Positions 17,734 to 26,967 of a stretch of 64,000 nucleotides of DNA are shown here, piece by piece (positions within the stretch are counted from its first letter, which is position 1; each line of letters starts with the position of its first letter). The notes under the pieces are model-generated. The model worked only from the letters and a program-made list of their open reading frames with translations. It was not told the DNA's origin and ran no database searches. The stretch lies in the sequence record OR352942.1, one strand, 5' to 3'. The stretch is from Escherichia phage AV112. The position numbers and the translations under genes are program-made.

Positions 17734-19547
17734 TGGTGTTTAACCCTATGCATGATTTCTTTATTTTTGCCGAGATTAAATCCGCGTTCGTTCGGATTTC
17801 CAAGATAACCGCATGTTCTTCTTATTGTGTTCATCTTTTTAGGATCAGTTTCTCCGCAAACTGAACAAACAAATCCGGTTTCAGTAGGAGTCATTTCATG
17901 AGTACTTCCACATGTAAAACATTTATCTACTGGCATATTAACACCAAAATAATCTAAATGTTGTGCAGCATAATCCCATACAGCCTCAAGACCTTTTAGG
18001 TTATTTTTCATATCAGGAAGTTCAACATAAGAAATGTGACCACCAGTCGCAATGAAATGATATGGCGCTTCACGAGAAATCTTTTCAAACGGAGTAATAT
18101 TTTCTTCTACTGAAACATGGAAACTATTAGTGTACCAGCCTTTATCAGTAACATCTTTTACACTTCCATATTTTTCTGTATCAAGTTTACAGAAGCGATA
18201 ACAAAGGTTTTCAGCAGGAGTAGAATACAAGCTAAAAGCAAAACCGGTTCTTTCAGTCCACTGCTTAAGACGAGCATTCATTTTAGTTAAAATTTCTTGC
18301 CCAATATCACGTCCGGCAAGAATATTCAATTCGTGAATACCAATGTATCCTAAAGACACTGAACTTCTACCGTTTTTAAATAACTCAATTATATCGTCAT
18401 CAGGTTTAAGACGAACCCCGAATGCACCTTCTTGGTAAAGAATAGGAGCAACAGTAGCTTTAACTCCTTTTAAGGAACTAATTCTACACATCAAAGCTTC
18501 AAAACACAAATCCATTCGCTCATTGAACAATTCGATAAATTTCTGTTCATTGAACTGTGTTCCAATATAAGAATCTAACGCAATGCGAGGAAGATTCAGT
18601 GTTACAACACCGAGATTATTACGTCCATCAAGAATTTCATTACCAGTCGAATCTTTCCATACGCTCAAGAAACTACGGCAACCCATTGGAGAAACAGGAA
18701 TAGACGAACCAGTGATAGCTTTATTGTTCTTAACTGAAATAATATCAGGATACATTCTTTTGCTTGCGCATTCTAAAGCAAGCTGTTTAATATCATAGTT
18801 CGGGTCGTCTTTATAAAGATTAACACCCTCTTCAACGAACATAACAAGTTTAGGGAAAATAGGAGTTATTCCATCACGACCAAGGCCTTTAATACGATTT
18901 TTCAGAATTGCTTTCTGAATCATTCGTTCAGTCCAGTCAGTTCCAGTACCAAATGTAATTGTTACAAAAGGCGTTTGTCCGTTTGAACTAAAGAGAGTAT
19001 TTACTTCGTATTCATACGCTTGGAATGCATCATATACGTCTTTTTCTGTTTTAGATTGAGCATAATTCAACGCATCAGCGATTTGCCATTTTTCTGCATC
19101 TTCAATATGTTTTGCATAGGTGCGTTTAACATAAGGAGAAAGAACTTTATCGACATTCGCAAATGTAGTTCCACCATACTGATGCGAAGCAACCTGTGCG
19201 GTAATTTGTGCCATAATTGCAGTAGCAACACCAATCGATTTAGGCGTTTCAATTTGAGCATTGCCTAATTTAAATCCATTCTCAAGCATTCCTTTTAAAT
19301 CTACTAAACAGCAATTAGTAAAAGGCAATGATATACTGTAATCTAAATCATGAAAATGAATTAATCCAACATTATGTGCATTTACAATATGACTTGGAAG
19401 AATACGACAAGCGATATGTTTAGAAACAATACCGGCCATTAAATCTCTTTTTGTTGGAAAGACACGAGAATCTTTGTTGGCGTTTTCGGTATTTAATTCT
19501 TTATCTTTATTTGAAATAAAATTTAAAACATCTTTCTCTAAAGACAT
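17730..19547 (-). CDS. nrdD: Anaerobic ribonucleoside-triphosphate reductase NrdD (glycyl radical enzyme)
   Basis: 605 aa with the C-terminal glycyl-radical motif RRTCGYLGNP and a Zn-ribbon CxxC pair; one uninterrupted ORF, so no intron. Confidence 0.95.
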   Translation of the reverse strand: MSLEKDVLNFISNKDKELNTENANKDSRVFPTKRDLMAGIVSKHIACRILPSHIVNAHNVGLIHFHDLDYSISLPFTNCCLVDLKGMLENGFKLGNAQIETPKSIGVATAIMAQITAQVASHQYGGTTFANVDKVLSPYVKRTYAKHIEDAEKWQIADALNYAQSKTEKDVYDAFQAYEYEVNTLFSSNGQTPFVTITFGTGTDWTERMIQKAILKNRIKGLGRDGITPIFPKLVMFVEEGVNLYKDDPNYDIKQLALECASKRMYPDIISVKNNKAITGSSIPVSPMGCRSFLSVWKDSTGNEILDGRNNLGVVTLNLPRIALDSYIGTQFNEQKFIELFNERMDLCFEALMCRISSLKGVKATVAPILYQEGAFGVRLKPDDDIIELFKNGRSSVSLGYIGIHELNILAGRDIGQEILTKMNARLKQWTERTGFAFSLYSTPAENLCYRFCKLDTEKYGSVKDVTDKGWYTNSFHVSVEENITPFEKISREAPYHFIATGGHISYVELPDMKNNLKGLEAVWDYAAQHLDYFGVNMPVDKCFTCGSTHEMTPTETGFVCSVCGETDPKKMNTIRRTCGYLGNPNERGFNLGKNKEIMHRVKHQ

Positions 19548-20359
19548 AATTCTAATTTATCCTTTTGAAATTCTTCGTCTAAATATGGGTTCCAACCCAT
19601 TTTAAACCTTTTGATGAAATTATCAATTCTAAATTTCGGTAAGTTTAAATCCGCAAAAATAGATGATTTACTTTTAAAATCTGGACCTAAATAATCATAT
19701 AAAATTTCTGCGTATTTTAACCATAATATACAAGTACCAGATTTAATTGCGTTCGGAGTTTTCCAAGGTTTTACACCATACATCGGATTTCCACTTCCTT
19801 TATGCCTGATAGAAGATGAAATTCCAATTTTAATTTTAGCTTCCTTTGTATGCGAAAATCCACGATGCGGATTTTCTTTCCAGTATTTTTTAGAAGCTTC
19901 TGATATTTTCTTTCTGGCTAAATTAGTATGATGCTTTCCATAAAATCCATGATTTTTGCCTTTATTACGATTTCTTTTAATCATGGTTATTGATTGCTTT
20001 TCTCTAGTTTCTTTAGAAGGAGAAATACCATATGTCGTAAATTTGCCATCAGCATATGCTAAATTAAAATACTCTTTATTCCATACATCTTTTTCTATAT
20101 TCTTTTGAAATTCAGCTTCAATGCTAGTTATTTGTTCATCTCCGACTAATTGAAAATATAATATTTCAACTTTCGGCGTTTCTTTCAATAAGGCTTTTTG
20201 AAATTCGGAAGATGACGAAGACGAATAATAAAATTTACCATTTTTATCAATAATATTCGTTCCATCAAAAGTGCAATTGGTTTTACTTCCAATGTAATAA
20301 TATGGTGGGGTTTTAGCATTAATTCTATTAATAAATGATAGTTTATATACTACATTCAT
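19538..20359 (-). CDS. GIY-YIG homing endonuclease (free-standing, Seg-like) with NUMOD3 repeats
   Basis: N-terminal VVYKLSFINRINAKTPPYYYIGSKTN (GIY-YIG core); C-terminal repeated KNHGFYGKHHT / ENPHRGFSHTKEAK / GSGNPMYGVKPW helices. It sits between 49 and nrdD and overlaps both. Confidence 0.75.
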   Translation of the reverse strand: MNVVYKLSFINRINAKTPPYYYIGSKTNCTFDGTNIIDKNGKFYYSSSSSSEFQKALLKETPKVEILYFQLVGDEQITSIEAEFQKNIEKDVWNKEYFNLAYADGKFTTYGISPSKETREKQSITMIKRNRNKGKNHGFYGKHHTNLARKKISEASKKYWKENPHRGFSHTKEAKIKIGISSSIRHKGSGNPMYGVKPWKTPNAIKSGTCILWLKYAEILYDYLGPDFKSKSSIFADLNLPKFRIDNFIKRFKMGWNPYLDEEFQKDKLELCL

Positions 20360-20829
20360 TTTAAACTCTTTCTAAGCTGCTTTTTGAATGAAGCTATTAA
20401 TTGTGTTTTGGTATCAGATTCATTATATTCAAATCCTCTTTGAAGCATCTCGGCCATCATTTCCTCTTTACCTAGTCTTGAGAACTCTTTAGTTTTGTCT
20501 GGAACAAAATTAGGATGGATATTATTATCAGAATAATCTTGTTTCAAATAAGCGAGAAGAGCTTCAAGCCATTCGAGGTAGTCGACATCACGTCCTTTAA
20601 GACCGGAACGGTTGAACTTATGCTTCATTTGACCTTCTGCTGCGTTGCACAGATTACAGAGTAATCCACGAACTCTACCGGCTTTTGGCCCGTTTAATTC
20701 ATGGTCGTGGTCAAGATGGTTACCTTGAACATCAGGGTCTAATTCACGGTGGCAAATAGGACACTTACCGTTCTGTGCATCATAAAATTTTTGTTTTTCT
20801 TCTTTATATTTTGCGCCTGATAATAACAT
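20356..20829 (-). CDS. 49: Endonuclease VII (Holliday-junction resolvase) gp49
   Basis: 157 aa; near-identical to recalled T4 endo VII, including CPICHREL...HLDHDHELNGPKAG...CNLCN. Confidence 0.94.
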   Translation of the reverse strand: MLLSGAKYKEEKQKFYDAQNGKCPICHRELDPDVQGNHLDHDHELNGPKAGRVRGLLCNLCNAAEGQMKHKFNRSGLKGRDVDYLEWLEALLAYLKQDYSDNNIHPNFVPDKTKEFSRLGKEEMMAEMLQRGFEYNESDTKTQLIASFKKQLRKSLK

Positions 20830-20864
20830 GATAAACCCTTACCTTAAATAGATAAGGGTATTTA

Positions 20865-21290
20865 TTAACTTAAACGTCTTTCTAAATATTCAATGTATTC
20901 TGCGGCTGCTTGCATCAGGTTACCTTCATAGCCGTCGTTATTTTCTTGTCCAGCTAATTTAGCTAATGCATAAGAAATTCGTTCACCTTCGAATTCACCA
21001 AGTTTACTACCTAGCACATCCGCAATATCAGCCGAATCAATTTCTTCGAGTTCATCTATTGAATGGGATTCCCAGAAGCACCAAAGAGAAGTATCACGGT
21101 CATAGATGCAAAGTTTCTCACCTGTGTTCAACATCACTTCGATAATGCCATGGCCGCCATAACCATCTTCGGTAGTAGTACCAATTACCTTGATGATTGT
21201 TCCTTTCTTTAATTCAGGAAACTTGTCTTGTAGTTCTTCATCTTCTTTAACAATCTTGAACCATTTACCGCGAGTTTCAGAAATATTCAT
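20865..21290 (-). CDS. Hypothetical acidic protein
   Basis: 141 aa ORF between 49 and nrdC. Confidence 0.45.
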   Translation of the reverse strand: MNISETRGKWFKIVKEDEELQDKFPELKKGTIIKVIGTTTEDGYGGHGIIEVMLNTGEKLCIYDRDTSLWCFWESHSIDELEEIDSADIADVLGSKLGEFEGERISYALAKLAGQENNDGYEGNLMQAAAEYIEYLERRLS

Positions 21291-21590
21291 ATCAATATCC
21301 TCTATAAAAGTTGCGATGCGTGCGTTTCGCTTTGCGAAGCTGACGTTTAGTTGGTCGAACCGTAAATGGTCGTCCGGAGAAAAAATTTGGTTCAGTTTTA
21401 ATCAACACATACCAATCGTGTTCGCCACTTTTTAATAAACGGTACAATAATTTAACTTGCATAATAATCTCTTCCCATTTCCAAATCAATCATATCGTTT
21501 ACTGTAGGTTCATCATAACACGTTTCTTTGTCGTTGTAAACTGTTTCGACGTCTGGCTCGACAGTTTCCCATCGAGCCGAATACCATGGT

Positions 21591-21926
21591 TTAACCCCGG
21601 AGTTTATTGAGCTCTTCATAATCAATCCAGGATTCTAGCCCTGACGGCAGGTCACATTCAATGTTCCACAGAAGCTCTTCGATGGCTTGTAGGCGATTAT
21701 ATTCTTCAACAGTAATAGTAACCATTGTTTCAGGCTTTTTAACCATCATGTCATTCATCAGAATGTACAGGTCTTCACAAACAGCCGGGTCGTCCCATGT
21801 CCATATTTCAGCATCTCGAACTAATGAAGTCGGAATCGAATTTAAAACTTCAAGCTTAGTAGGAGCGTCAGGGCCGAGAAGAGTTGCTACAAATTTATAC
21901 GCTCTGGCGAAATCAATATCATTCAT
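21591..21926 (-). CDS. Hypothetical protein
   Basis: 111 aa ORF. Confidence 0.45.
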   Translation of the reverse strand: MNDIDFARAYKFVATLLGPDAPTKLEVLNSIPTSLVRDAEIWTWDDPAVCEDLYILMNDMMVKKPETMVTITVEEYNRLQAIEELLWNIECDLPSGLESWIDYEELNKLRG

Positions 21927-22186
21927 TTAAAATATTCTCGCAGTTGGTCGAATCCACCAATGTGACTTCCGTCAGGAGCAAACACTTGAGGCATAGTCAA
22001 TCCGACTTGTGATTCACGTCCAAGCTTAACCAGAAGCTCAGCAATTTTCTCATCATCAAAAACACCTTTTTCTGGCATAACATTAATGAATTCGAATGGC
22101 TGTTTCTTAACAGTCAGTAATCGTTTCGCATTATCGCAATAAATGCATTTATGAATAGTAGAGTCATACCCGTACACTTTAAACAT
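21923..22186 (-). CDS. nrdC: Glutaredoxin NrdC (T4 thioredoxin)
   Basis: Start trimmed to MFKVYGYDSTIHKCIYCDNAKRLL, which is near-identical to recalled T4 NrdC (87 aa). Confidence 0.9.
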   Translation of the reverse strand: MFKVYGYDSTIHKCIYCDNAKRLLTVKKQPFEFINVMPEKGVFDDEKIAELLVKLGRESQVGLTMPQVFAPDGSHIGGFDQLREYFK

Positions 22187-22592
22187 TATTTTTCCTTTCA
22201 TCGATTAAATATGCAACGCCAAATACAATACATGTAATAAAACCTGTGATACAGATAGAAACCAACAACACTGTACCAAAGAACCAAATCAAGTTATCTT
22301 TAGTAGTTTGTTTGATATCCATCTCACGAATTTCTATAGCTATTGTATCACCTTTATTCAGAAGCGTATAAAACGACGGTGATACATGCCTGTCAAAAAC
22401 TCGACCTTGTTCATCTTTATAAACTGCAATAAATTCCAGTTTAGAATATTTTCCTGTAGATTGACCTGAAATTAATTCCACTACCTCCACAGGAATTACT
22501 TTAGTTTCCATGTAAGTATTCTGGCTGTTCCAAATGAATGGAATGATGGCAAAAACTAAAGCTACAATAAAACAACGAAGGCTATATCTCAT
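22179..22592 (-). CDS. Membrane protein
   Basis: 137 aa with N- and C-terminal hydrophobic segments. Confidence 0.5.
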   Translation of the reverse strand: MRYSLRCFIVALVFAIIPFIWNSQNTYMETKVIPVEVVELISGQSTGKYSKLEFIAVYKDEQGRVFDRHVSPSFYTLLNKGDTIAIEIREMDIKQTTKDNLIWFFGTVLLVSICITGFITCIVFGVAYLIDERKNNV

Positions 22593-22897
22593 TATAATGT
22601 TCTCTCAAATTTGTGGAAGCATTTACGGCATTTCAATTTCAAGTTATCAGTGGTCCAGTTAACCAGTTGGACTTGGATAGTTCCACATTCCGGGCATGGA
22701 TGTTTTGCTGCCGATTTGGCAGCATTTTCACGTCGTTCAACCATTTTCATTATTTCGTTCCATGCCGGAGGAACGAACTCTTCTTCACCGTGGATTTTAT
22801 CTCGCTGAACAAATTCAATCTTTGAACTATCGTCAATAAACTTAACCAAGCTGTGATTAGTGCTCATGTCAATATCCTCTAAAAGACGTAGTTTCAT
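22592..22897 (-). CDS. Zinc-ribbon protein
   Basis: 101 aa with CPECG...CRKC. Confidence 0.45.
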   Translation of the reverse strand: MKLRLLEDIDMSTNHSLVKFIDDSSKIEFVQRDKIHGEEEFVPPAWNEIMKMVERRENAAKSAAKHPCPECGTIQVQLVNWTTDNLKLKCRKCFHKFERTL

Positions 22898-23847
22898 TAT
22901 AAAACCTCAATGGCATTTCGTAAACCATCCGCTTTTGCATTCAGAGCTTTTAATGATTTAGTTTGTTCTGCAATCTGGGCTTCAACTTCTTTCAGACGAG
23001 ATTTGAGGTATTCGCGTTCTTCTCTTAAGTTATCAACTTTTTCTGCTTTAGGCTCTTTAATAGGCTTAGGTTTATACGTATTAGGGTTCTTCAGTTTAAT
23101 TAGAATGCGTGAACTGTACAGCATTGAACCATTATCTTCGGTTTCGTCATACATTTCCACTACGTCCATCATCTCCACCATCGTGCAGAGTTTATAAGAC
23201 AACGAACGAATAGTTTTGTTGTGCTTATTAATTTCTTTAGAGTTCATGGTGCCTAGATTACGCGAGTAGTAATAAGGAACCTGGATATCAACTGACAATG
23301 ATGCGTTACCATTGCCAGTTGGTTTGAATACTGCAGTAACCCAATCTTTAACATGAACTTTATTTGTACGGCCATCACCGCCAGTGAATAATTTACGAGA
23401 ATGTTTAAAAAGCATATTCACTTGGTTATTGAATTCACAAGCAAATTTATCAGCAAATTTAGTTTCAGGAATGGTAGATAACCAATCAGCTAAATGAGTC
23501 TTTTTAACATCGTTAATAATAGTAAATTCAACCAAATCAGTTTTAGATGTCACAGATTTAATAAAGCTCGGCTTCATAAAGTTTTTAATGTTATCGCGAG
23601 CTACAGTAGAAGATAATAAACGAGAACGTTTGAACCATTGAAGCAGTGTCCCTAATGAATGAGAATACGCATTCTGAGTATCTTTACAGATATGATTTTC
23701 TTGGCCTGTGTATGTACCAAAATCGCGAAGAATACCGCTTACTACAACTCGGTGTGGAACATCAAATCCTAATGAACCAGAAGCACGTTGGGCATGAACG
23801 TTAGCGATAAGACCTGCAAAATAATCAATGTAATGTGAACGTGTCAT
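22897..23847 (-). CDS. Hypothetical protein with coiled-coil C-terminus (tandem paralog 1 of 3)
   Basis: 316 aa; the C-terminal ~45 residues are heptad-rich (LREEREYLKSRLKEVEAQIAEQTKSLKALNAKADGLRNAIEVL). Confidence 0.55.
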   Translation of the reverse strand: MTRSHYIDYFAGLIANVHAQRASGSLGFDVPHRVVVSGILRDFGTYTGQENHICKDTQNAYSHSLGTLLQWFKRSRLLSSTVARDNIKNFMKPSFIKSVTSKTDLVEFTIINDVKKTHLADWLSTIPETKFADKFACEFNNQVNMLFKHSRKLFTGGDGRTNKVHVKDWVTAVFKPTGNGNASLSVDIQVPYYYSRNLGTMNSKEINKHNKTIRSLSYKLCTMVEMMDVVEMYDETEDNGSMLYSSRILIKLKNPNTYKPKPIKEPKAEKVDNLREEREYLKSRLKEVEAQIAEQTKSLKALNAKADGLRNAIEVL

Positions 23848-23875
23848 AATATTTTCCTCTCGTTAAGATAGAAAG

Positions 23876-23905
23876 ATTATACTCCAACCGTCCTTGGTTG
23901 TAAAC
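23876..23905 (-). promoter_or_regulatory. Sigma70-type early promoter
   Basis: Minus strand reads GTTTAC, an 18-nt spacer, then TATAAT. Confidence 0.5.
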
Positions 23906-23909
23906 TGAT

Positions 23910-24842
23910 TTATGATTTTAATGCATTCATTGCGTTAAAAAGTTTAGAGTACTGCAACTGGAGCTTGGTAACTACTTGTTGAGCATCACGAAGCTTAGCT
24001 TGTGCTTTGTCAAGTTCAACAGACAGTTGATCCACAGTGCCTTTGATTTGATTATAATAGTAATCTTCGGCAGGAAGAAGGCCGTTAGAGATTTCCAGTT
24101 TAGTCGTCGGTGTGCCGTTAAACATAACAGGTTGTGCTGAAGCTGCATTAATCTTACCGATAGTCGGGGCGACAATAATTGACGCTTCGAACGTTGCATT
24201 TTCCTTTTTAAGATTTTGATAGTATTCAGAGTCTTTGTGCCACCATGGCGCAGGAACCTTTTTACCAATAGATACACGAGCCTGGATAGCGATATGGCCC
24301 TTATTCTTGATAACGTCGATAATATTAAGCTCACGAGAATAAATTGCTTTAATCTGGTGAATATTATCACCTAACACTTCCAACGCTTGGTGGAATACAC
24401 GAGCAACGTTATCATTCTTAGGTTTATACGTAAGAGTGAACTCGTTCTCACTGATAACCATGATTTCTAACTTATCGTAAGTATATTTCAAATGTTTCAT
24501 GTTAATTGCTTGAGGACGAATACGAGAAGCAATGGCCATCAGATTGTTAAGGTTATTCCGGAACTGCTTAGCGAAATATTGTCCTTCACCACCAATACAA
24601 AAATTACGAAGTTTCTGTTTGGCTAATAAACGGCTGAACTCACCGTTTTTAATGAACTCTTTAACGGGTGTGTTAGTAACGCATTCAAATTGAGTAAACT
24701 TACGAGAAGTAATCCCATAATATGAACAGATTTCCTCAATCTCTTCAGGAGTCTTTACAGGCATACGGATAGGATTAGGACCTGGGGTATATGCGTTCGA
24801 GGTAAATTCTTTGATAAGTTCTCTACGTGTAATAGAAGCCAT
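23910..24842 (-). CDS. Hypothetical protein with coiled-coil C-terminus (tandem paralog 2 of 3)
   Basis: 310 aa; C-terminal coiled coil (VDQLSVELDKAQAKLRDAQQVVTKLQLQYSKLFNAMNALKS). Confidence 0.55.
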   Translation of the reverse strand: MASITRRELIKEFTSNAYTPGPNPIRMPVKTPEEIEEICSYYGITSRKFTQFECVTNTPVKEFIKNGEFSRLLAKQKLRNFCIGGEGQYFAKQFRNNLNNLMAIASRIRPQAINMKHLKYTYDKLEIMVISENEFTLTYKPKNDNVARVFHQALEVLGDNIHQIKAIYSRELNIIDVIKNKGHIAIQARVSIGKKVPAPWWHKDSEYYQNLKKENATFEASIIVAPTIGKINAASAQPVMFNGTPTTKLEISNGLLPAEDYYYNQIKGTVDQLSVELDKAQAKLRDAQQVVTKLQLQYSKLFNAMNALKS

Positions 24843-24897
24843 TTTATATTCCTCATGTTGAAAAATTTATTATACTCCAACCATCCTTGGTTGTACA

Positions 24898-25893
24898 TCA
24901 TTCCTTAAGAAGTTTTACTACTTGAATAAGATTAGCTCGTTCTGTTTTATTTTTACCGTTTAAGCCTGCTAATCGTGAGATTTCATCGTCAGTCTGTTGA
25001 ATAGTTACATTAAGTTCGTTAATCAAAGCTTCAAAGTATTTGATTTGCTCAGCATGTTTTGATTCAAATTTCTGAACCGGAATAACGTCTTGGTTTAGTT
25101 CATCAATAAGGTCTTTAAGAGCATCTTCTTGATTGATATCATATTCAACTTCTTTTATTTCTTCAACGAGCTCGTCTTTATATCTAACGTCTTTTAGTCC
25201 TGGTGCTGGTCCTGAAATCTCTTCTTTAAGAGTACAAACATATCCAATACGGTATCCAATGCCGTCTCGCTTGATATCAACTTCGTCAATAAATCCACAA
25301 TGTTTAAGACCAGAGCCGATTAAGTCAAAATATCCTTGACGACGTCCTTCAAACGTTACACGAACTACTAAGACAGTTTTACCTGCAACCTTTTGAAGCT
25401 CACATTTATAAAAGTTTGTTGAACCTGAATAACGTGGATGAGTTTTAAAGTTCATCTGACGATCTAGGCCCATTTGTAAGCGTGCTGATACGGCCATAAA
25501 ACGTGTTTGGTTCTCGTTAAGATGAGCAACAATCCATTTCAAAGGCATTTTACACTGTTCACGACCGAACAAATCAGTACGTCCTAGATTACGCAGGATG
25601 TTGTTAGAGTTAATCATCGACAGAACATTAAGTTTATTCAGCGCGCTGAAGATTCCATCAGCCATTGATTTTCCGTAACCTTTACACGCTTTAATAAGCG
25701 CTCGCGGTAGATTAGCATAGATTTCAGACGGCATATGAAAATCAAATTTACTAGTCAGTAATTGATGAACTTGGATAGCAATTTGCTCATAATTAAGTGC
25801 TCTGCGATCATTATGATCTTTAAACCACACTTTAATCTGTGAAGCACATAAACCGTTAATTTCATGTTTTACCGCATCAGATGTAATGCTCAT
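24898..25893 (-). CDS. Hypothetical protein with coiled-coil C-terminus (tandem paralog 3 of 3)
   Basis: 331 aa; C-terminal coiled coil. Confidence 0.55.
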   Translation of the reverse strand: MSITSDAVKHEINGLCASQIKVWFKDHNDRRALNYEQIAIQVHQLLTSKFDFHMPSEIYANLPRALIKACKGYGKSMADGIFSALNKLNVLSMINSNNILRNLGRTDLFGREQCKMPLKWIVAHLNENQTRFMAVSARLQMGLDRQMNFKTHPRYSGSTNFYKCELQKVAGKTVLVVRVTFEGRRQGYFDLIGSGLKHCGFIDEVDIKRDGIGYRIGYVCTLKEEISGPAPGLKDVRYKDELVEEIKEVEYDINQEDALKDLIDELNQDVIPVQKFESKHAEQIKYFEALINELNVTIQQTDDEISRLAGLNGKNKTERANLIQVVKLLKE

Positions 25894-25928
25894 ATCTATT
25901 TCCTCAGATTGAATTGGAACTCAAAACC

Positions 25929-25953
25929 ATTATAACCCGTCCTTGGGTAAAGC
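25929..25953 (-). promoter_or_regulatory. Candidate MotA-dependent middle promoter
   Basis: Minus strand reads cGCTTTA (MotA-box-like), a 13-nt spacer, then TATAAT. Confidence 0.4.
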
Positions 25954-25955
25954 GT

Positions 25956-26483
25956 TTATGCGTGAACCGTCTTTAAACGTTCTTCAAATTTCCGAAGAGT
26001 ACTAATACGTTCTGCTTTCTGTTTTGTATAGTTTGCAATACGTTCTGAAGTGAGAGCGTATCGTTCGTTTACTGTTTCTTTCATGAAGTCAGGGATTTCA
26101 CGAGAAGCTTTAATTTCATCAAACTTATCGAGTACTGCCTGGTCTTCAGCGATTAAATTTTCGTACATCTCGATATCTTTCTTGATGAAGTCGATATCTT
26201 CCTGGGTTACTTTGGATAAACGAGATGCTTTATCCTTTTTGTATTGCTCGTTAGTTTCACGAGACCAGAATAATGTACGTTTTTTGTTAGTGTTTTTGTA
26301 GACTTCCACAATTCCAACTGAATCGATGATAGCAATCCAATTCCAGCGAGATTTGAAAATCTGACCTCCGTCCACGGTAATCTCGTTACCATAAGCAACA
26401 TCATTAAAGAACTTGCTTTGTGCTTCAGATTTAAATTTACCGTCGTTATAATTTACCAGGTTGAAAATATCTTTAGCGTTCAT
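25956..26483 (-). CDS. Hypothetical protein
   Basis: 175 aa ORF. Confidence 0.5.
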   Translation of the reverse strand: MNAKDIFNLVNYNDGKFKSEAQSKFFNDVAYGNEITVDGGQIFKSRWNWIAIIDSVGIVEVYKNTNKKRTLFWSRETNEQYKKDKASRLSKVTQEDIDFIKKDIEMYENLIAEDQAVLDKFDEIKASREIPDFMKETVNERYALTSERIANYTKQKAERISTLRKFEERLKTVHA

Positions 26484-26510
26484 GTTTTACCTCCAGTAGT
26501 TGATAGGTCT

Positions 26511-26539
26511 ATAATAACACAACCATAGACCTTGTAAAC
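26511..26539 (-). promoter_or_regulatory. Sigma70-type early promoter
   Basis: Minus strand reads GTTTAC, a 17-nt spacer, TATTAT, then AGACCTATC. Confidence 0.55.
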
Positions 26540-26541
26540 AA

Positions 26542-26829
26542 CTAAAAGAAACTTTTTTCGGTATTTTTTCCACTGAACCAAACCGACTTCGGGACTTTCT
26601 GTAATTTTTCGGATTTAAGTTTCTCTTCCTGTTCTTTCTTATATGCATCCTTGTCGTACTGGAACAATTCTAAGGCATTCTTTTGTAGACGGTCTAAGGT
26701 AATTAAGGCTTTAGTTTTTCCTTTCAAGGAAGAGTCCTGGCGAACCTCCTCGCTATATTGCATCGTAGAACTAACCATACGATGAGCATACAGTTCGACT
26801 GCGGCTTTAATTTTTTGCATAAAATCCAT
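26542..26829 (-). CDS. Hypothetical protein
   Basis: 95 aa ORF. Confidence 0.45.
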   Translation of the reverse strand: MDFMQKIKAAVELYAHRMVSSTMQYSEEVRQDSSLKGKTKALITLDRLQKNALELFQYDKDAYKKEQEEKLKSEKLQKVPKSVWFSGKNTEKSFF

Positions 26830-26967
26830 AACATATCCTCTTTGATTTGTACACCATTATTTTTAAATATTTCTATGCCCTCAGTAGGTTCCTGGTGTCC
26901 TTCTTTGAGGTAAGCCATATGATTATTCATCTTTATGGCTTTTGTTACCTCAGAACTTCCTATAAGC

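Noticed and set aside
17730-19547. Group I intron in nrdD, as in T4
   Set aside because: nrdD is a single uninterrupted 605-codon frame with the glycyl-radical motif intact; there is no intervening structured segment.
23972-24370. 132-aa minus-strand ORF nested inside the 310-aa paralog
   Set aside because: It is in an alternative frame of a longer, better-supported gene and has a basic, low-complexity composition; it is likely a chance overlapping frame.
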